This document shows, one piece after another, positions 9,526 through 19,628 of a DNA stretch of 64,000 nt (position 1 is the first letter of the stretch; each line of letters begins with the position of its first letter). The position numbers and the translations under genes are program-made. Source of the stretch: an uncultured Gemmatimonadaceae bacterium (GTDB lineage Bacteria > Gemmatimonadota > Gemmatimonadetes > Gemmatimonadales > Gemmatimonadaceae); NCBI GenBank assembly GCA_963781585.1, contig CAWAGQ010000008.1:96001-160000 (forward strand). Reading direction: 5' to 3'. The notes under the pieces were generated by a model. That model did not search any database. It was not told where the DNA came from and saw only the letters and a program-made list of their open reading frames with translations.

Positions 9526-11961
9526 ATGCGCCCCGTGACTCCGCTCACCCTCCTCATCCGCGACTTCGTCCACGATATCCGCCACGCCGTGCGCACGATG
9601 CGTGTGCGCCCCGGATTCGTCGCAGTCGTCGTACTCACGCTCGCCCTGGGAATCGGCGCCACCACGTCCATCTTCTCGGTGGTCAACGGGGTCATCCTTC
9701 ACCCACTCGGCTTCCCCAACGAAGGCCGCCTGTTCACGCTGTGCGAGCAGTATCCGGGCTCGCCTGCCGACTGGTGCTCGATCTCTCCGCCGAACGTCAG
9801 CGAGATTGCCGAGCGCGCGACTTCGATCGAGACCATCGGCTTCGGTCGCTCGTGGGAATCGCACATGACCACTGCCGGCGGCGAGCTCGCCGTTCGCAGC
9901 GGAATCGCGACGCCCGGCCTCTTCCGCGCGCTGGGCGTGCGGGTGGTGCGCGGGCGGATGATCGACTCCACCGACCTGCTCGGCCGCGAAAGCGACGTCG
10001 CGCTGCTCACGTACGAGATGTGGCAGGGGCGGTTCAACGCAGACCCGGCCGTCGTCGGCAGCCTCGTCACCCTCGACAAGCATTCCGTGCAAATCGTCGG
10101 CATCCTGCAGCCGGGGTTTCACCTGCCGCTCTTCGAGACGATCGAGCTCTGGCGCCCCGTTCACGTGCTGCCGCGGGACGAGCGGAACCGCGAGTGGCGC
10201 GGCTTCGTCGCCTACGGACTGCTGAAGCCGGGACGAACGATCGCACAGTTGCGGGCCGAGCTGGCGGGGATCACGTCCACGATCCGAAAGGAGCACTTCG
10301 CCGCCGTCCCGGTCTGGGGCGTCACGCCGATGCCGATGCGTGACCTCGTGATCCGCCACGTCCGCCCGATGCTCCTCCTCTTTCTCGGCGCGGTGTCGCT
10401 GGTGCTGCTCATCGCCTGTGCCAACGTGAGCAACCTCCTGCTCGCGCGCTCTGCAGAACGTGGCCGCGAGATGGCCATGCGCGCCGCGCTCGGTGCCGGG
10501 AAGGGACGGATCGTGCGCGCTCTGCTCGCCGAGAGTCTCGTGATGGCCGTCGCCGGAGCCGCGGCCGGCCTGGCGATCGCTGAGGGAGGTGTGCGTGCCT
10601 TCCGTGCGCTCGCGCCGCAGGGAATCCCGCGTGTATCGGAGGTCGGGATCGATGGCGCGGTCCTGGCGTTCGTGACCGCGCTTGCAGTGGTCACCGCGGT
10701 GCTCACCGGGTTCGTCCCCGCGCTGCGCGCAGGCCGTGTGGACCTCGCGCAGATGCTGCGCGAGGGCGGACGATCCGGCCCGGCGGCGCGCTCGCGGCTC
10801 AGCACGGCGCTGGTGGTGGCCGAGCTCGCGATGGCAGTGGTGATCATCGCCTGTGCCGGAACGCTGGCGCGGAGCTTCGCGCGATTCGTCTCCTGGGATC
10901 CCGGGTTCGATCGCGAACACGTCGTGCTGTTCTCGCTCTCGCCGCCCACGGCCACCTACGGCACGAAAGAGAAGCTCGACCTCCTCTGGGATCGCACCGA
11001 GTCGGCCGTCGGCGCGATTCCGGGCGTGCGCGCGGTGGGAACGGCCAGTGCCGGACCGCTGTTCGGAGGGCGCGAGACATGGGAGATGGAGGTCGAAGGG
11101 CGGGCGCCGGACCAGCGGGAGTCGGTGCGGTGGTACGATGCGAGTCCCGGGTTCTCTGCGGCGGTGGGCGTACCACTGGTGACCGGGCGTCCGCTCGACG
11201 GGCACGATACTCCCAACTCGCCGCTCGTCGCGCTGGCGAACCAGACCCTCGCTCGTCGCTTCTGGCCCAGCTCGAGCTCGATCGGCAAGCACCTCGTCTT
11301 CGCGATCGGTCAGGAGCGCGCGGAATTCACGATCGTGGGAGTGGTTGCCGACGTGCCGCCGGTGCAGCCGGGCACCCTGCCGGAGCCAGAACTGTACTGG
11401 TCGAACCGTCAGATTCCGCGTCCCTTCACCTGGGTCTGGGTGCGGACCACCGTGCCCCCGGCAACGGTGACCGGGGCCATCACGAGCGCGGTGCAGTCGA
11501 TCGACCGTGACCTCGTTCCGAGCACCTTCCGCACGCTTCCCGAGCTCCTCGACCGCGAGCTCGCGTCGCCGCGCTTTGCGTCGTTGCTGTTCGCCAGTCT
11601 GAGCGGCGTGGCGCTGCTGCTCTCGGCAATCGGGACGTACGGACTGCTCGCGTACGTCGTGACGCGGCGGCAGCGGGAATTCGGGATCCGGCTGGCAGTC
11701 GGCGCACAGCGTGGCGACGTGATGCGCGACGTCCTGTTGCGCGGCCTCGGCATGGCCGGCGCCGGGCTGGTCATCGGGCTGATCGCGTTCGTCGCGCTCG
11801 CTTCGACGCTCGCGGCGTTTGCTCCAGGCGTGCCCCCCCGCGATCCGCGCATACTCGCGTTGGCCAGTACGGTGCTGCTCGTCGTGGTCGTACTCGCCTG
11901 CGTCCTGCCGGCTTGGCGCGCGGGACGGGTGGACCCCGCGCTCACGCTCGCCGCCGAGTAG
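9526..11961 (+). CDS. Duplicated MacB/FtsX-type ABC permease (ADOP-like)
   Basis: LTLALGIGATTSIFSVVNGV, LLIACANVSNLLLAR, REFGIRLAVGA and RAGRVDP..L.AE. Confidence 0.9.
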   Translation: MRPVTPLTLLIRDFVHDIRHAVRTMRVRPGFVAVVVLTLALGIGATTSIFSVVNGVILHPLGFPNEGRLFTLCEQYPGSPADWCSISPPNVSEIAERATSIETIGFGRSWESHMTTAGGELAVRSGIATPGLFRALGVRVVRGRMIDSTDLLGRESDVALLTYEMWQGRFNADPAVVGSLVTLDKHSVQIVGILQPGFHLPLFETIELWRPVHVLPRDERNREWRGFVAYGLLKPGRTIAQLRAELAGITSTIRKEHFAAVPVWGVTPMPMRDLVIRHVRPMLLLFLGAVSLVLLIACANVSNLLLARSAERGREMAMRAALGAGKGRIVRALLAESLVMAVAGAAAGLAIAEGGVRAFRALAPQGIPRVSEVGIDGAVLAFVTALAVVTAVLTGFVPALRAGRVDLAQMLREGGRSGPAARSRLSTALVVAELAMAVVIIACAGTLARSFARFVSWDPGFDREHVVLFSLSPPTATYGTKEKLDLLWDRTESAVGAIPGVRAVGTASAGPLFGGRETWEMEVEGRAPDQRESVRWYDASPGFSAAVGVPLVTGRPLDGHDTPNSPLVALANQTLARRFWPSSSSIGKHLVFAIGQERAEFTIVGVVADVPPVQPGTLPEPELYWSNRQIPRPFTWVWVRTTVPPATVTGAITSAVQSIDRDLVPSTFRTLPELLDRELASPRFASLLFASLSGVALLLSAIGTYGLLAYVVTRRQREFGIRLAVGAQRGDVMRDVLLRGLGMAGAGLVIGLIAFVALASTLAAFAPGVPPRDPRILALASTVLLVVVVLACVLPAWRAGRVDPALTLAAE

Positions 11962-12019
11962 CTGCGCTCGTCAGGCAGGCGGATTCGCCGTCCGGCCACC
12001 CCACAGGGGGAGCGCGCGC

Positions 12020-14728
12020 CTACTCGGCGCGCAACGCCGCCGCCGGATCGACCCGCGCCGCGCGAGCGGCCGGGAGCCAGCAAGCGGCCACCCCCACCAC
12101 CGCGAGCATGAAAGCGACGCCGACCAGCGTGGTTGGATCGTGCGGCGTGACTCCGAACAGGAGGCCGCGCAACAGCCGGGCCGCGGCCAGCGCACCGGTC
12201 GCGCCGACCGCCAGCCCCGCCGCGAGCAGCACGCCTCCCTCGCCGAGTACCATGCGATGGACGCGTCCCGCGCCCGCCCCGAGACTCATCCGGATGCCGA
12301 TCTCCGCGGTGCGTGAGCTCACCGAGAACGCCAGCACGCCGGCGATGCCGACCATCGCAATTACGAACGCCAGCGTGCCGAACGACGTGATGAACAGCGC
12401 ATTCAGGCGGCGCGGCGCCACCGACTGGTCGCGAATCTGCTCGAGCGTCTCCACGTGCTCGATCAATTGCAGCGGATACATCTCGTGAATCGCTGCGACA
12501 ATCGCCGGACCGATCAGCGCCGGATCCGACGTCGTTCTCACAACCAGCGCGCCGTTGACAATCATCTCCTGCGCGAACGGCAGGTACACCGCGGGTGTCG
12601 GATCGCTGTCGAGGCCCGCGTCGCGGGTGTCACCCACGACGCCCACCACCGTGCGCCAGTCATCGGTGAACGGAGTGAACCTCAACACCGCGCCCGTCCA
12701 GGCGATGTGACGGCCGATCGGATCCTGGTCGCCGAAGAGTTGTCTGGCGAAGGACTGGCTCAGCACAGCGACCAGCTCCGTACCGCGCCGGTCGGTCGTC
12801 CCGAATCCATGGCCTTCGACCAGCGGAATGCCGGCCGCCGTGAAGTAGTCGGGATCGACCATCTTCATGTCGGCGTGGGGTGTCGGCCGGTTCGGGGGAA
12901 CGGTGCGGCCTTCGGCCTTTACGTCGAAGCCGACCATCGAATTGCGGAGCGGCACACCGGTCCCGATCGCCGCCAGACGGACACCGGGTAGTGCGGCCAC
13001 GCGGTCCCGGATGCGGTCGTACTTCGCGAGGTTCTCGGGTTGCTTCAATATTTCGCGGAGCAGATCTCCCTGGAGCGGGAGATCGAGCGTCAGCACATGA
13101 TTGACGCGCACGCCCGCGTCCACCGCCTGCAGCTTGTCCAGCGTGCGCATCAGGAGTCCTGCGCCGGTGAGCAGCACCATGCAGAGGGCGACTTGCGCGA
13201 CGACCAGCGACCGCTGAACGCGCTGTCGCCCGCGGCCCAGCGTCGTACGGCGGCCTCCGCCCGTGGGAGTCAGAGACGCGGCGACCACGCGCTCTCCGCC
13301 AATACGGGGAACGAACGACAGCGCGACCGCCACCACCACGCTCGTGGCCAGTCCGACCGCGAGCACGACGCCGTCGACCCGAATCTCGCTGGCGCGCGGC
13401 GAGAACTGCCCGGCGAACGCCACCAGCAGCTTGAGCCCGGCGAGCGCCACCAGCACTCCCAGCGCAGCACCGATCAATGCGAGCACGAGGTTCTCGACCA
13501 GCAACAGGCGCCGCAGCCGTCCCCTCCCCGCACCGAGGGCCGCGCGCAGGTGCATCTCGCGCTCGCGGCCCACGCCGCGCATCAGTGTGAGGTTGGAGAC
13601 GTTGGCGCATGCAATCAGGAGCACGAATGCCGCCGCGCCCATCAGCAGCCAGAAGGTGAGCGACGCGCGCTCGTTCTCCGCCTCCTTGAGCGGTGACAGG
13701 CTGATCTCGTAGTGCGCCGCCTTCTCGTACGCGTCCGGGTGATCGCGGAACACGTTCGACGCGAGGCGGCTGATCTCCTCACGCGCCTGCTCGACCGCCG
13801 TGTTCGGGGCGAGGCGCGCGAAGACCTCGGTCATGCGATGGCTGCGGTCGGTGACCATCGTCGCGCTGAGATGGTGCGGGCTCGTCACGGTGTTCACGAA
13901 CACGTCGGTGGCCTGCGGATACTGCGGCGCCGGCTGCATCACGCCGATGATCGTGGAGATCTGATCGTTCATGCGGACCGTGCTGCCGAGGATGCCGGAG
14001 TCTCCACCGAAGTGCTCCATCCAGTACTGAAATGACAGGACGGAAACGGACGCCGCGGCCGCGCCGTCGTCACGGGGAGTCGTGAGCCGGCCCAGCACCG
14101 GCTCGAGGCCCATCACGTCGAAGTAGTTGCCGCTCACGACCGCGGCCCGCACGCGCACCGGATACCCGTCGCTGCCCACGAGGGTGAACGGCATGACGTT
14201 GGAATACTCGGCGATGGCCGAAAGCGTCTTCGAGCCCGTTCGGTAGTCGGCGATCTCGGGAATGGAGAAGAGGACGTTGTGTTCCTTCGCCCCAGGCGCC
14301 GATTGTCGCAGGTACACGAGCCGCTGGCCATCGCGATTGGGCAACGGCCGCAGGAGCGTGCCACGCAGCAGCGTGAACATCGCCGTGTTCGCCCCGATTC
14401 CGAGCGCGAGCGTCAGGACGACCGTCGTCGTGAAGCCCTTTGCGCGCCGGAGACTGCGCAAGGCGAAGGCGATGTCGCGAGCCAGTTCCTCGAGCCACCG
14501 GGTGCCGCGGGTGTCGCGCACCCGCTCCTTCTGGAGCTCGAGTCCGCCCAGGGCGCGCATCGCGGCGTACCGTGCTGCTTCAGCCGGCATGCCGCGGGCG
14601 ATGTTCTCGGCGATCTGACGTTCCAGGTGGTACCGCAGCTCCTCGTCCAGCTCGCGCTCCACGGTGGCTCGCCGAAACAGCGAACGAAGACGGAGGGGCA
14701 CAACGCTCAGCAACCGGTCGAGGCTCAT
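12020..14728 (-). CDS. Duplicated MacB/FtsX-type ABC permease with N-terminal prefix domain
   Basis: ERELDEELRYHLE prefix, LTLALGIGANTAMF, LLIACANVSNL and EIGIRMSLGA; starts 1 nt after the PadR stop. Confidence 0.9.
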   Translation of the reverse strand: MSLDRLLSVVPLRLRSLFRRATVERELDEELRYHLERQIAENIARGMPAEAARYAAMRALGGLELQKERVRDTRGTRWLEELARDIAFALRSLRRAKGFTTTVVLTLALGIGANTAMFTLLRGTLLRPLPNRDGQRLVYLRQSAPGAKEHNVLFSIPEIADYRTGSKTLSAIAEYSNVMPFTLVGSDGYPVRVRAAVVSGNYFDVMGLEPVLGRLTTPRDDGAAAASVSVLSFQYWMEHFGGDSGILGSTVRMNDQISTIIGVMQPAPQYPQATDVFVNTVTSPHHLSATMVTDRSHRMTEVFARLAPNTAVEQAREEISRLASNVFRDHPDAYEKAAHYEISLSPLKEAENERASLTFWLLMGAAAFVLLIACANVSNLTLMRGVGREREMHLRAALGAGRGRLRRLLLVENLVLALIGAALGVLVALAGLKLLVAFAGQFSPRASEIRVDGVVLAVGLATSVVVAVALSFVPRIGGERVVAASLTPTGGGRRTTLGRGRQRVQRSLVVAQVALCMVLLTGAGLLMRTLDKLQAVDAGVRVNHVLTLDLPLQGDLLREILKQPENLAKYDRIRDRVAALPGVRLAAIGTGVPLRNSMVGFDVKAEGRTVPPNRPTPHADMKMVDPDYFTAAGIPLVEGHGFGTTDRRGTELVAVLSQSFARQLFGDQDPIGRHIAWTGAVLRFTPFTDDWRTVVGVVGDTRDAGLDSDPTPAVYLPFAQEMIVNGALVVRTTSDPALIGPAIVAAIHEMYPLQLIEHVETLEQIRDQSVAPRRLNALFITSFGTLAFVIAMVGIAGVLAFSVSSRTAEIGIRMSLGAGAGRVHRMVLGEGGVLLAAGLAVGATGALAAARLLRGLLFGVTPHDPTTLVGVAFMLAVVGVAACWLPAARAARVDPAAALRAE

Positions 14729-14729
14729 C

Positions 14730-15065
14730 TCAGACCTCCTGGAGACGCAGCAGCGCGGTGATGGCGCCGGCGAGCCGGTCCCAGTTGCCCGATTCGACCT
14801 GCAGCTGCCTTCGTCCGGCACGCGTGAGGGAGTAGAACTTGGCGCGCCGGTTGTTCTCGCTTTGCCGCCACTCCGAGGTGATCCATCCTTCCTGCTCCAG
14901 CTTGTGGAGCGCCGGATAGAGCGATCCGTCGCTGACCTGCAGCACGTCCGAGGACAACCGCGTCAGCCGTTGCCCGATCGCCCATCCGTTCATCGGCTTG
15001 AGCGCCAGCATCTTGAGAACGAGCAGATCCAGCGTGCCCTGCACCAGGTCTGTCGGCTTGCTCAT
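14730..15065 (-). CDS. PadR family transcriptional regulator
   Basis: LVQGTLDLLVLKML, GSLYPALHKLEQEGWI and NNRRAKFYSLT. Confidence 0.92.
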   Translation of the reverse strand: MSKPTDLVQGTLDLLVLKMLALKPMNGWAIGQRLTRLSSDVLQVSDGSLYPALHKLEQEGWITSEWRQSENNRRAKFYSLTRAGRRQLQVESGNWDRLAGAITALLRLQEV

Positions 15066-15069
15066 GGTT

Positions 15070-15120
15070 CCTCACTCGGTTACCGAGATGAGGATACCAT
15101 CGCTCCACTCGGTAAGCAAG
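15070..15120 (-). promoter_or_regulatory. Sigma70-type promoter with probable PadR operators
   Basis: Minus strand TTGCTT-N17-TATCCT; perfect palindrome CTCGGT-T-ACCGAG at 15075-15087; related copy CTCGGTAAGCAAG at 15108-15120 overlapping the -35. Confidence 0.65.
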
Positions 15121-15174
15121 GGGGGACTGCTGGGGCGCAACCGGTCAGGGAGGGGCTGCCGGCCCTTCCGGCAC

Positions 15175-15660
15175 TCAGAGGTTCGGGAGCACGTCGAGTG
15201 CGAGCGCCTTCTCCATGTCCATTTGACTGGCCTGACCCCGGACGCCATAGAGGCGAACGACGAAGGCGACGCTCCCCTTCTTCACGGACAGGGTCGTCAG
15301 GCTGCCGACCGTGGCGTAGACCGCGTCTTCCCCGATACCGCTGGCGGCCGTCTTCGTGACTCCAGGGAGTGGAGTCTGGAAATCCGTAAACGCCTGCGCG
15401 TCCCAGAGCTGGAGCGTGACCCTCGGGACCGTAGTGTTCGGCTTGGGTGCCGCAGCCCACTGGCACCCCGACGTGCCAATTGGCTCTCCTGCCCCGACGG
15501 TCATCCCGACTATGCCGCTGATCTGGGCCTGCGTGAGCATCGCACAGGGATCGGTGGCGGCCCGGGCGAACGCGGTGCGAGCGCTGGCCGCGTCGAGCAC
15601 GAAGACGATACCGGTGCAGACGGTGGCGACAATCAGGATCCTGCAGTGTTTCGACCTCAT
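15175..15660 (-). CDS. Secreted hypothetical protein (DUF3558-like)
   Basis: Signal peptide; DPCAMLTQAQI...GCQW...SGIGEDA pattern. Confidence 0.6.
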   Translation of the reverse strand: MRSKHCRILIVATVCTGIVFVLDAASARTAFARAATDPCAMLTQAQISGIVGMTVGAGEPIGTSGCQWAAAPKPNTTVPRVTLQLWDAQAFTDFQTPLPGVTKTAASGIGEDAVYATVGSLTTLSVKKGSVAFVVRLYGVRGQASQMDMEKALALDVLPNL

Positions 15661-15905
15661 CGGTCAGCCTCCTTCCATCAGCGGACGCATCCCCTACCGC
15701 GCTCCAACACCTCTGCCCGTCGCGAGGCCGGCTGCCTGTTCGCGGTGCTCAAACATGGCCCCTCACTGAACGGACGCAAGCGAGCGCAGGGCGCGGCATG
15801 AGAAGGTCCGGCCGCCGTCCGCCACTCCGGATCCTGGTCAGCAGGTTTGTCCCCGGCCGGCGGAGCGAATCTCTTCCGCGTTTGACAGCGTCATCCACAT
15901 GCCGC

Positions 15906-18881
15906 ATGATCCCCGTCAACGTGCTGCGCCTGTTGACCTTCGGAGGGCTCGCCCTCGACCGACCCGGGGGGCCGCTGCCGCCGCGGCTGCGCCCGCAGCG
16001 GCTGGCGATTCTCGCTGTGCTCGCTTCCGCCGCTGACCGTGGCATGTCGCGCGAGCGCATGGCCGGCCTCTTCTGGCCGGAAGCAGAGGAGGAGCGGGCC
16101 CGTCACTCGCTTCGCCAGGCGCTGTATGCGCTGCGTCAGGAGCTGGGCGCCGACGTGATCCGGTCCGGCGCGCTCCTGTCGCTCGACGGTTCGGCACTGA
16201 GCTCCGACGTCGGTGACTTCCGGGCGGCTCTGGCCGCGGGGGACCGCGCGCGTGCCGCGGCACTCGCGACCGGACCGTTCCTCCTGGGATTCTACCTCGC
16301 GGACAGCCCCGAATTCGAGCGCTGGGTGGAGGAAGAGCGGGCCGCCCTCGCCGTCGACGCCACCCGCGTCGTCCTCGCGCTCACGAAGGAGGCCGAGGCC
16401 GGCGGCGACCAGGACGCCGCCGCCGAGTGGTGGCGCCGGCTCACCATGCTCGACCCGCTGAGCGGCCGCTTCGCGTTAGGCTATCTGAAGGCACTGGCTG
16501 GTCGCGGCGACCGGGCCGGTGCGCTGGCCTTCGCCAGGGCGCACGAGAGCATCGTGCGCCGCGAGCTGGAGGCCGACTCCGATCCGGAGATCCGTCGACT
16601 TGAGGCGGAGTTGCGCGCCATCCCGTCGCCCGCCGTGGTCCGCGTCGCCCCGCCACGCGCGCCCGACGCCGGCGTCGCGGTCGATGGGGCGCCCGCCGCC
16701 ACACCTGACGAGGCAGGGCTCGACGCGAAGCCATCCAGCGTACCGATGCCAGCCCACGGCCCGAATGCCCCACGTGACACCGGTGCGGATGCAACGCCAT
16801 CGCGCGCCGACGCCATCCCGCCGGCGCGCTCACGGAAGCGACCCTGGCTCATCCCGAGCGTGGCAACCGCGGGCGTGTTGGTCGTCGTGTCCATCCTGAC
16901 CGCCGACCGGTGGGGCCCGCCGCTGGGCCTCGGCGTTCATCGTAGTTCACCGACGTTTGCGGTCGGGATGATCCGCGAGGAAGGCGTCCCCGACAGCCTG
17001 CGCATCGGCGGTGTGCTCACCGACATGCTCGCGACCAATCTGGCGCGCGTGGGCGGGCTCTCGGTGCTCTCCAACGCGCGGCTCTTCGAGTTGATGCTCC
17101 CTGGTCAGGATACGCTCGCCACCGGATACCTCGAGGCGGCACGGCGGGCCGGCGCCACCGAGATCTTTCAGGGGCGTTTGCTCTCCGGCCCGCAGTGGAG
17201 CCTGGCAATGGAGATCCAGCGCGTGGATCTCGCGACCGGCCTTGTTCGGAGCGGTTATCGCGTCGCCGCCAGCGACCGCTATGCGCTGATCGACAGCATG
17301 ACGGCGGCGATCGCACGCGACTTGCACGTCGGACTACCCAGCAGCTCGGTAGCCGACGCGACGACCGATTCGCCAATGGCATATCGCCTCTACGAGGAGG
17401 GACTCCGCGCCTACTATCAGTACGACGATCCTGCCGCTCGGCGCCTGATGCAGGCGGCGCTCCAGGAAGACTCGAGCTTCGCCATGGCGGCCTACTACGA
17501 CGCACTGCTCGCTCCGGGTGGAGGCGCTGAGGAGGTCGACACCCGCCGACGGGCGTTGCGGCTCGCCGCCCGCGCGCCCGAACGCGAACGCCTGACGATC
17601 ACGGCCGATTTGCTCACACTGAACATGGAACCGGCGGCGCTCGCCGTCGCCGACTCCTTGACCACCAGATATCCCACCAACCCGCGCGCGTTCGCGGTGG
17701 ATGCAACAGCCCTGTACATTGCCGGCGAATGGCGCGACGCCGTGACGGCGATCGAGCGTGCGATCGCGCTGGACTCGGCGTCGGAGCCCGTAGAGCGACG
17801 CAATTGCAGGCTCTGCTCGGACCTCGGGCAGCTTGCCGAGGTCTACTTCTGGTGGGATTCGCTGCCCGCGGCGGAGCGCACCGCGCAGCGCTTCCTCCGG
17901 CTTCGGCCGGGCTCGCACTATCCGTGGCATCTCCTGGTCCGTTCGGCGGCCGCGCGCGGGGACCTGAGCGCCTTCCGCGAGTACCTGCGACGCTTCGACG
18001 AGGCGAATCCGTCGATCACGTCGGCGAACTACCTGCTCCACTTCGTGACGCTCGCCGAGGATTACGACGAGGTCGAACGGAGCGTGCAGAAGGCCCTGGA
18101 CTCTCCGAGAGCGGACGACGCCGGCGAGGCCCGGTGGTTTCGCTCCATTTCGCTCCGGAACGAGGGACGACTGGAGGAAGCTCTCAGGCTGGCGCGCGTG
18201 CGTCCGAACCCTAACGACCTGGCCGAAGGATTGATCGCGCTCGAACGTGGGGATCCCCGTACCGCCGTCTCGATCTTTCGTGCGCGGGCTCGCGTGAGTC
18301 AGTCCATGTGGCCATCCGGGATCCGAGCACGGCATGAGGCCTGGGACAGGACGCTCCTGGGCATGGCACTGGCCTCCGCGGGGGACACGATTGCCCTCCG
18401 CGCTCTCGCCGATACCGTGGAGAACCTGGGACGCCGGAGCATCTACGGACGCGACCGGCGCGCGCATCACTACTTGCGTGGGATGCTGCTGGTGGCCGAG
18501 CACCGGGACCCGGAAGCGGTTGAGGAGCTGCGCCAGGCGATTCACTCATCGACCAACGGCTTCACGCGGGTCAACTACGAGCTGGGGAAGACGCTCATGC
18601 GGCTGGGTCGCCCTGCCGAGGCCGCACCGATCGTGCGGTCCGCCCTGCACGGCGACATCGATGGATCGAATCTGTATGTCACACGAACCGACCTCCACGA
18701 GCTCCTCGCACAGGTATTCGATCGACTGGGGAGTCGCGACAGCGCAGCCGTGCACTACCGGGCAGTAGTCAAGGCCTGGGAGCACGCCGACCCGCTCTAC
18801 CAGGCGCGGCGCGAGGCGGCACGCGCGTGGCTCGCTCGGCATCCAGAGCCGCAGACCACCGGTACAGCCAAGGACCGTTAG
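15906..18881 (+). CDS. Membrane-anchored SARP-type regulator: wHTH + BTAD, TM helix, TolB-N-like domain and TPRs
   Basis: LRLLTFGGL, SRERMAGLFWPE...ARHSLRQALYALR and GPFLLGFYL..SPEFERWVEEER; Pro/Ala linker; TM helix near 16845-16900; TPR C-terminus. Confidence 0.85.
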   Translation: MIPVNVLRLLTFGGLALDRPGGPLPPRLRPQRLAILAVLASAADRGMSRERMAGLFWPEAEEERARHSLRQALYALRQELGADVIRSGALLSLDGSALSSDVGDFRAALAAGDRARAAALATGPFLLGFYLADSPEFERWVEEERAALAVDATRVVLALTKEAEAGGDQDAAAEWWRRLTMLDPLSGRFALGYLKALAGRGDRAGALAFARAHESIVRRELEADSDPEIRRLEAELRAIPSPAVVRVAPPRAPDAGVAVDGAPAATPDEAGLDAKPSSVPMPAHGPNAPRDTGADATPSRADAIPPARSRKRPWLIPSVATAGVLVVVSILTADRWGPPLGLGVHRSSPTFAVGMIREEGVPDSLRIGGVLTDMLATNLARVGGLSVLSNARLFELMLPGQDTLATGYLEAARRAGATEIFQGRLLSGPQWSLAMEIQRVDLATGLVRSGYRVAASDRYALIDSMTAAIARDLHVGLPSSSVADATTDSPMAYRLYEEGLRAYYQYDDPAARRLMQAALQEDSSFAMAAYYDALLAPGGGAEEVDTRRRALRLAARAPERERLTITADLLTLNMEPAALAVADSLTTRYPTNPRAFAVDATALYIAGEWRDAVTAIERAIALDSASEPVERRNCRLCSDLGQLAEVYFWWDSLPAAERTAQRFLRLRPGSHYPWHLLVRSAAARGDLSAFREYLRRFDEANPSITSANYLLHFVTLAEDYDEVERSVQKALDSPRADDAGEARWFRSISLRNEGRLEEALRLARVRPNPNDLAEGLIALERGDPRTAVSIFRARARVSQSMWPSGIRARHEAWDRTLLGMALASAGDTIALRALADTVENLGRRSIYGRDRRAHHYLRGMLLVAEHRDPEAVEELRQAIHSSTNGFTRVNYELGKTLMRLGRPAEAAPIVRSALHGDIDGSNLYVTRTDLHELLAQVFDRLGSRDSAAVHYRAVVKAWEHADPLYQARREAARAWLARHPEPQTTGTAKDR

Positions 18882-18950
18882 GCTGTTGCCGCGCAGGGCG
18901 TGTTCCTCGAGGGGGCGGCCCGCCCTGGGAGCCCGGGAACACCGCACGCC

Positions 18951-19628
18951 CTATTGGCTCGATTCGCTCGTCTCGATCCACCGCTCCAGCAGGGCGAGAT
19001 GCCGCGTCATGACGGCCTCGGCATCGAGGACGCCCTGGTCCGATGGATCACGCGGTCCCGTTCGCTGCATCGCGAGGTCCGCATCCATGAAGAACGCCGC
19101 ACCGTCCGCCCTGCCCTCGGTGTCCACGCCTGGCATGTCATCGACGCCGCCCGGAGCGCGTTCGTCGAGAAGCCTGCGATACATCGCGTAGTACCGGTCA
19201 GCGGCAGCGATGTACGGCTCCACCGCCTGTGACTCGAGGTAGTCGCCCACGGTCCCGTCCGCGCCGTACACTCCTTCTGTCTCGGGGTGCGGTTCGTTCT
19301 CGACGAACGATTCGCTTCCATCGGCCTGCACGATCCGGCCGAGGGGGTAGAGGCGGCAGACGAGCGGACGGTCGGCGTGGACGCTGCAGCCATGCGGTCC
19401 GAGAAAGACGCACGCACTGTCCGGACGCGAGGCCAGTGCGACGCCGCCGTCCACGGTGAAATGTGCGATTACCTCCGTGGTCGTTGTGCCGAGATACCGC
19501 GCCAGTCGTGCGAGCTCGTATGGATTGACCTGGATGCGCTTGCCGTAGCAGCACCGGCTGCACGCGCGGCACCGATACGCGAACGCCGATGATCGCGCGT
19601 GCAGCACGGGCAGGGGCGCTGCCGCCAC
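18951..19628 (-). CDS. YkgJ family cysteine-cluster (CxxCxxCC, putative Fe-S/Zn) protein
   Basis: CRACSRCC, CVFL...GCSVHADRPLVCRLYPLGR; GTG directly after the upstream TGA. Confidence 0.85.
   Translation of the reverse strand: MAAAPLPVLHARSSAFAYRCRACSRCCYGKRIQVNPYELARLARYLGTTTTEVIAHFTVDGGVALASRPDSACVFLGPHGCSVHADRPLVCRLYPLGRIVQADGSESFVENEPHPETEGVYGADGTVGDYLESQAVEPYIAAADRYYAMYRRLLDERAPGGVDDMPGVDTEGRADGAAFFMDADLAMQRTGPRDPSDQGVLDAEAVMTRHLALLERWIETSESSQ

Noticed and set aside
9364..11292. Long antisense or alternate-frame ORFs (e.g. 9364-11292, 22236-23570, 26763-28127, 31367-32743, 47999-49489)
   Set aside because: Shadow ORFs expected at high GC; they are Arg/Gly/Pro-rich, have no motifs, and overlap well-supported genes.
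15800..15855. Second set of SARP-type repeats in the divergent promoter region
   Set aside because: Only two GTCC units are 11 bp apart, the others are out of phase, and there is no clear -10 box.
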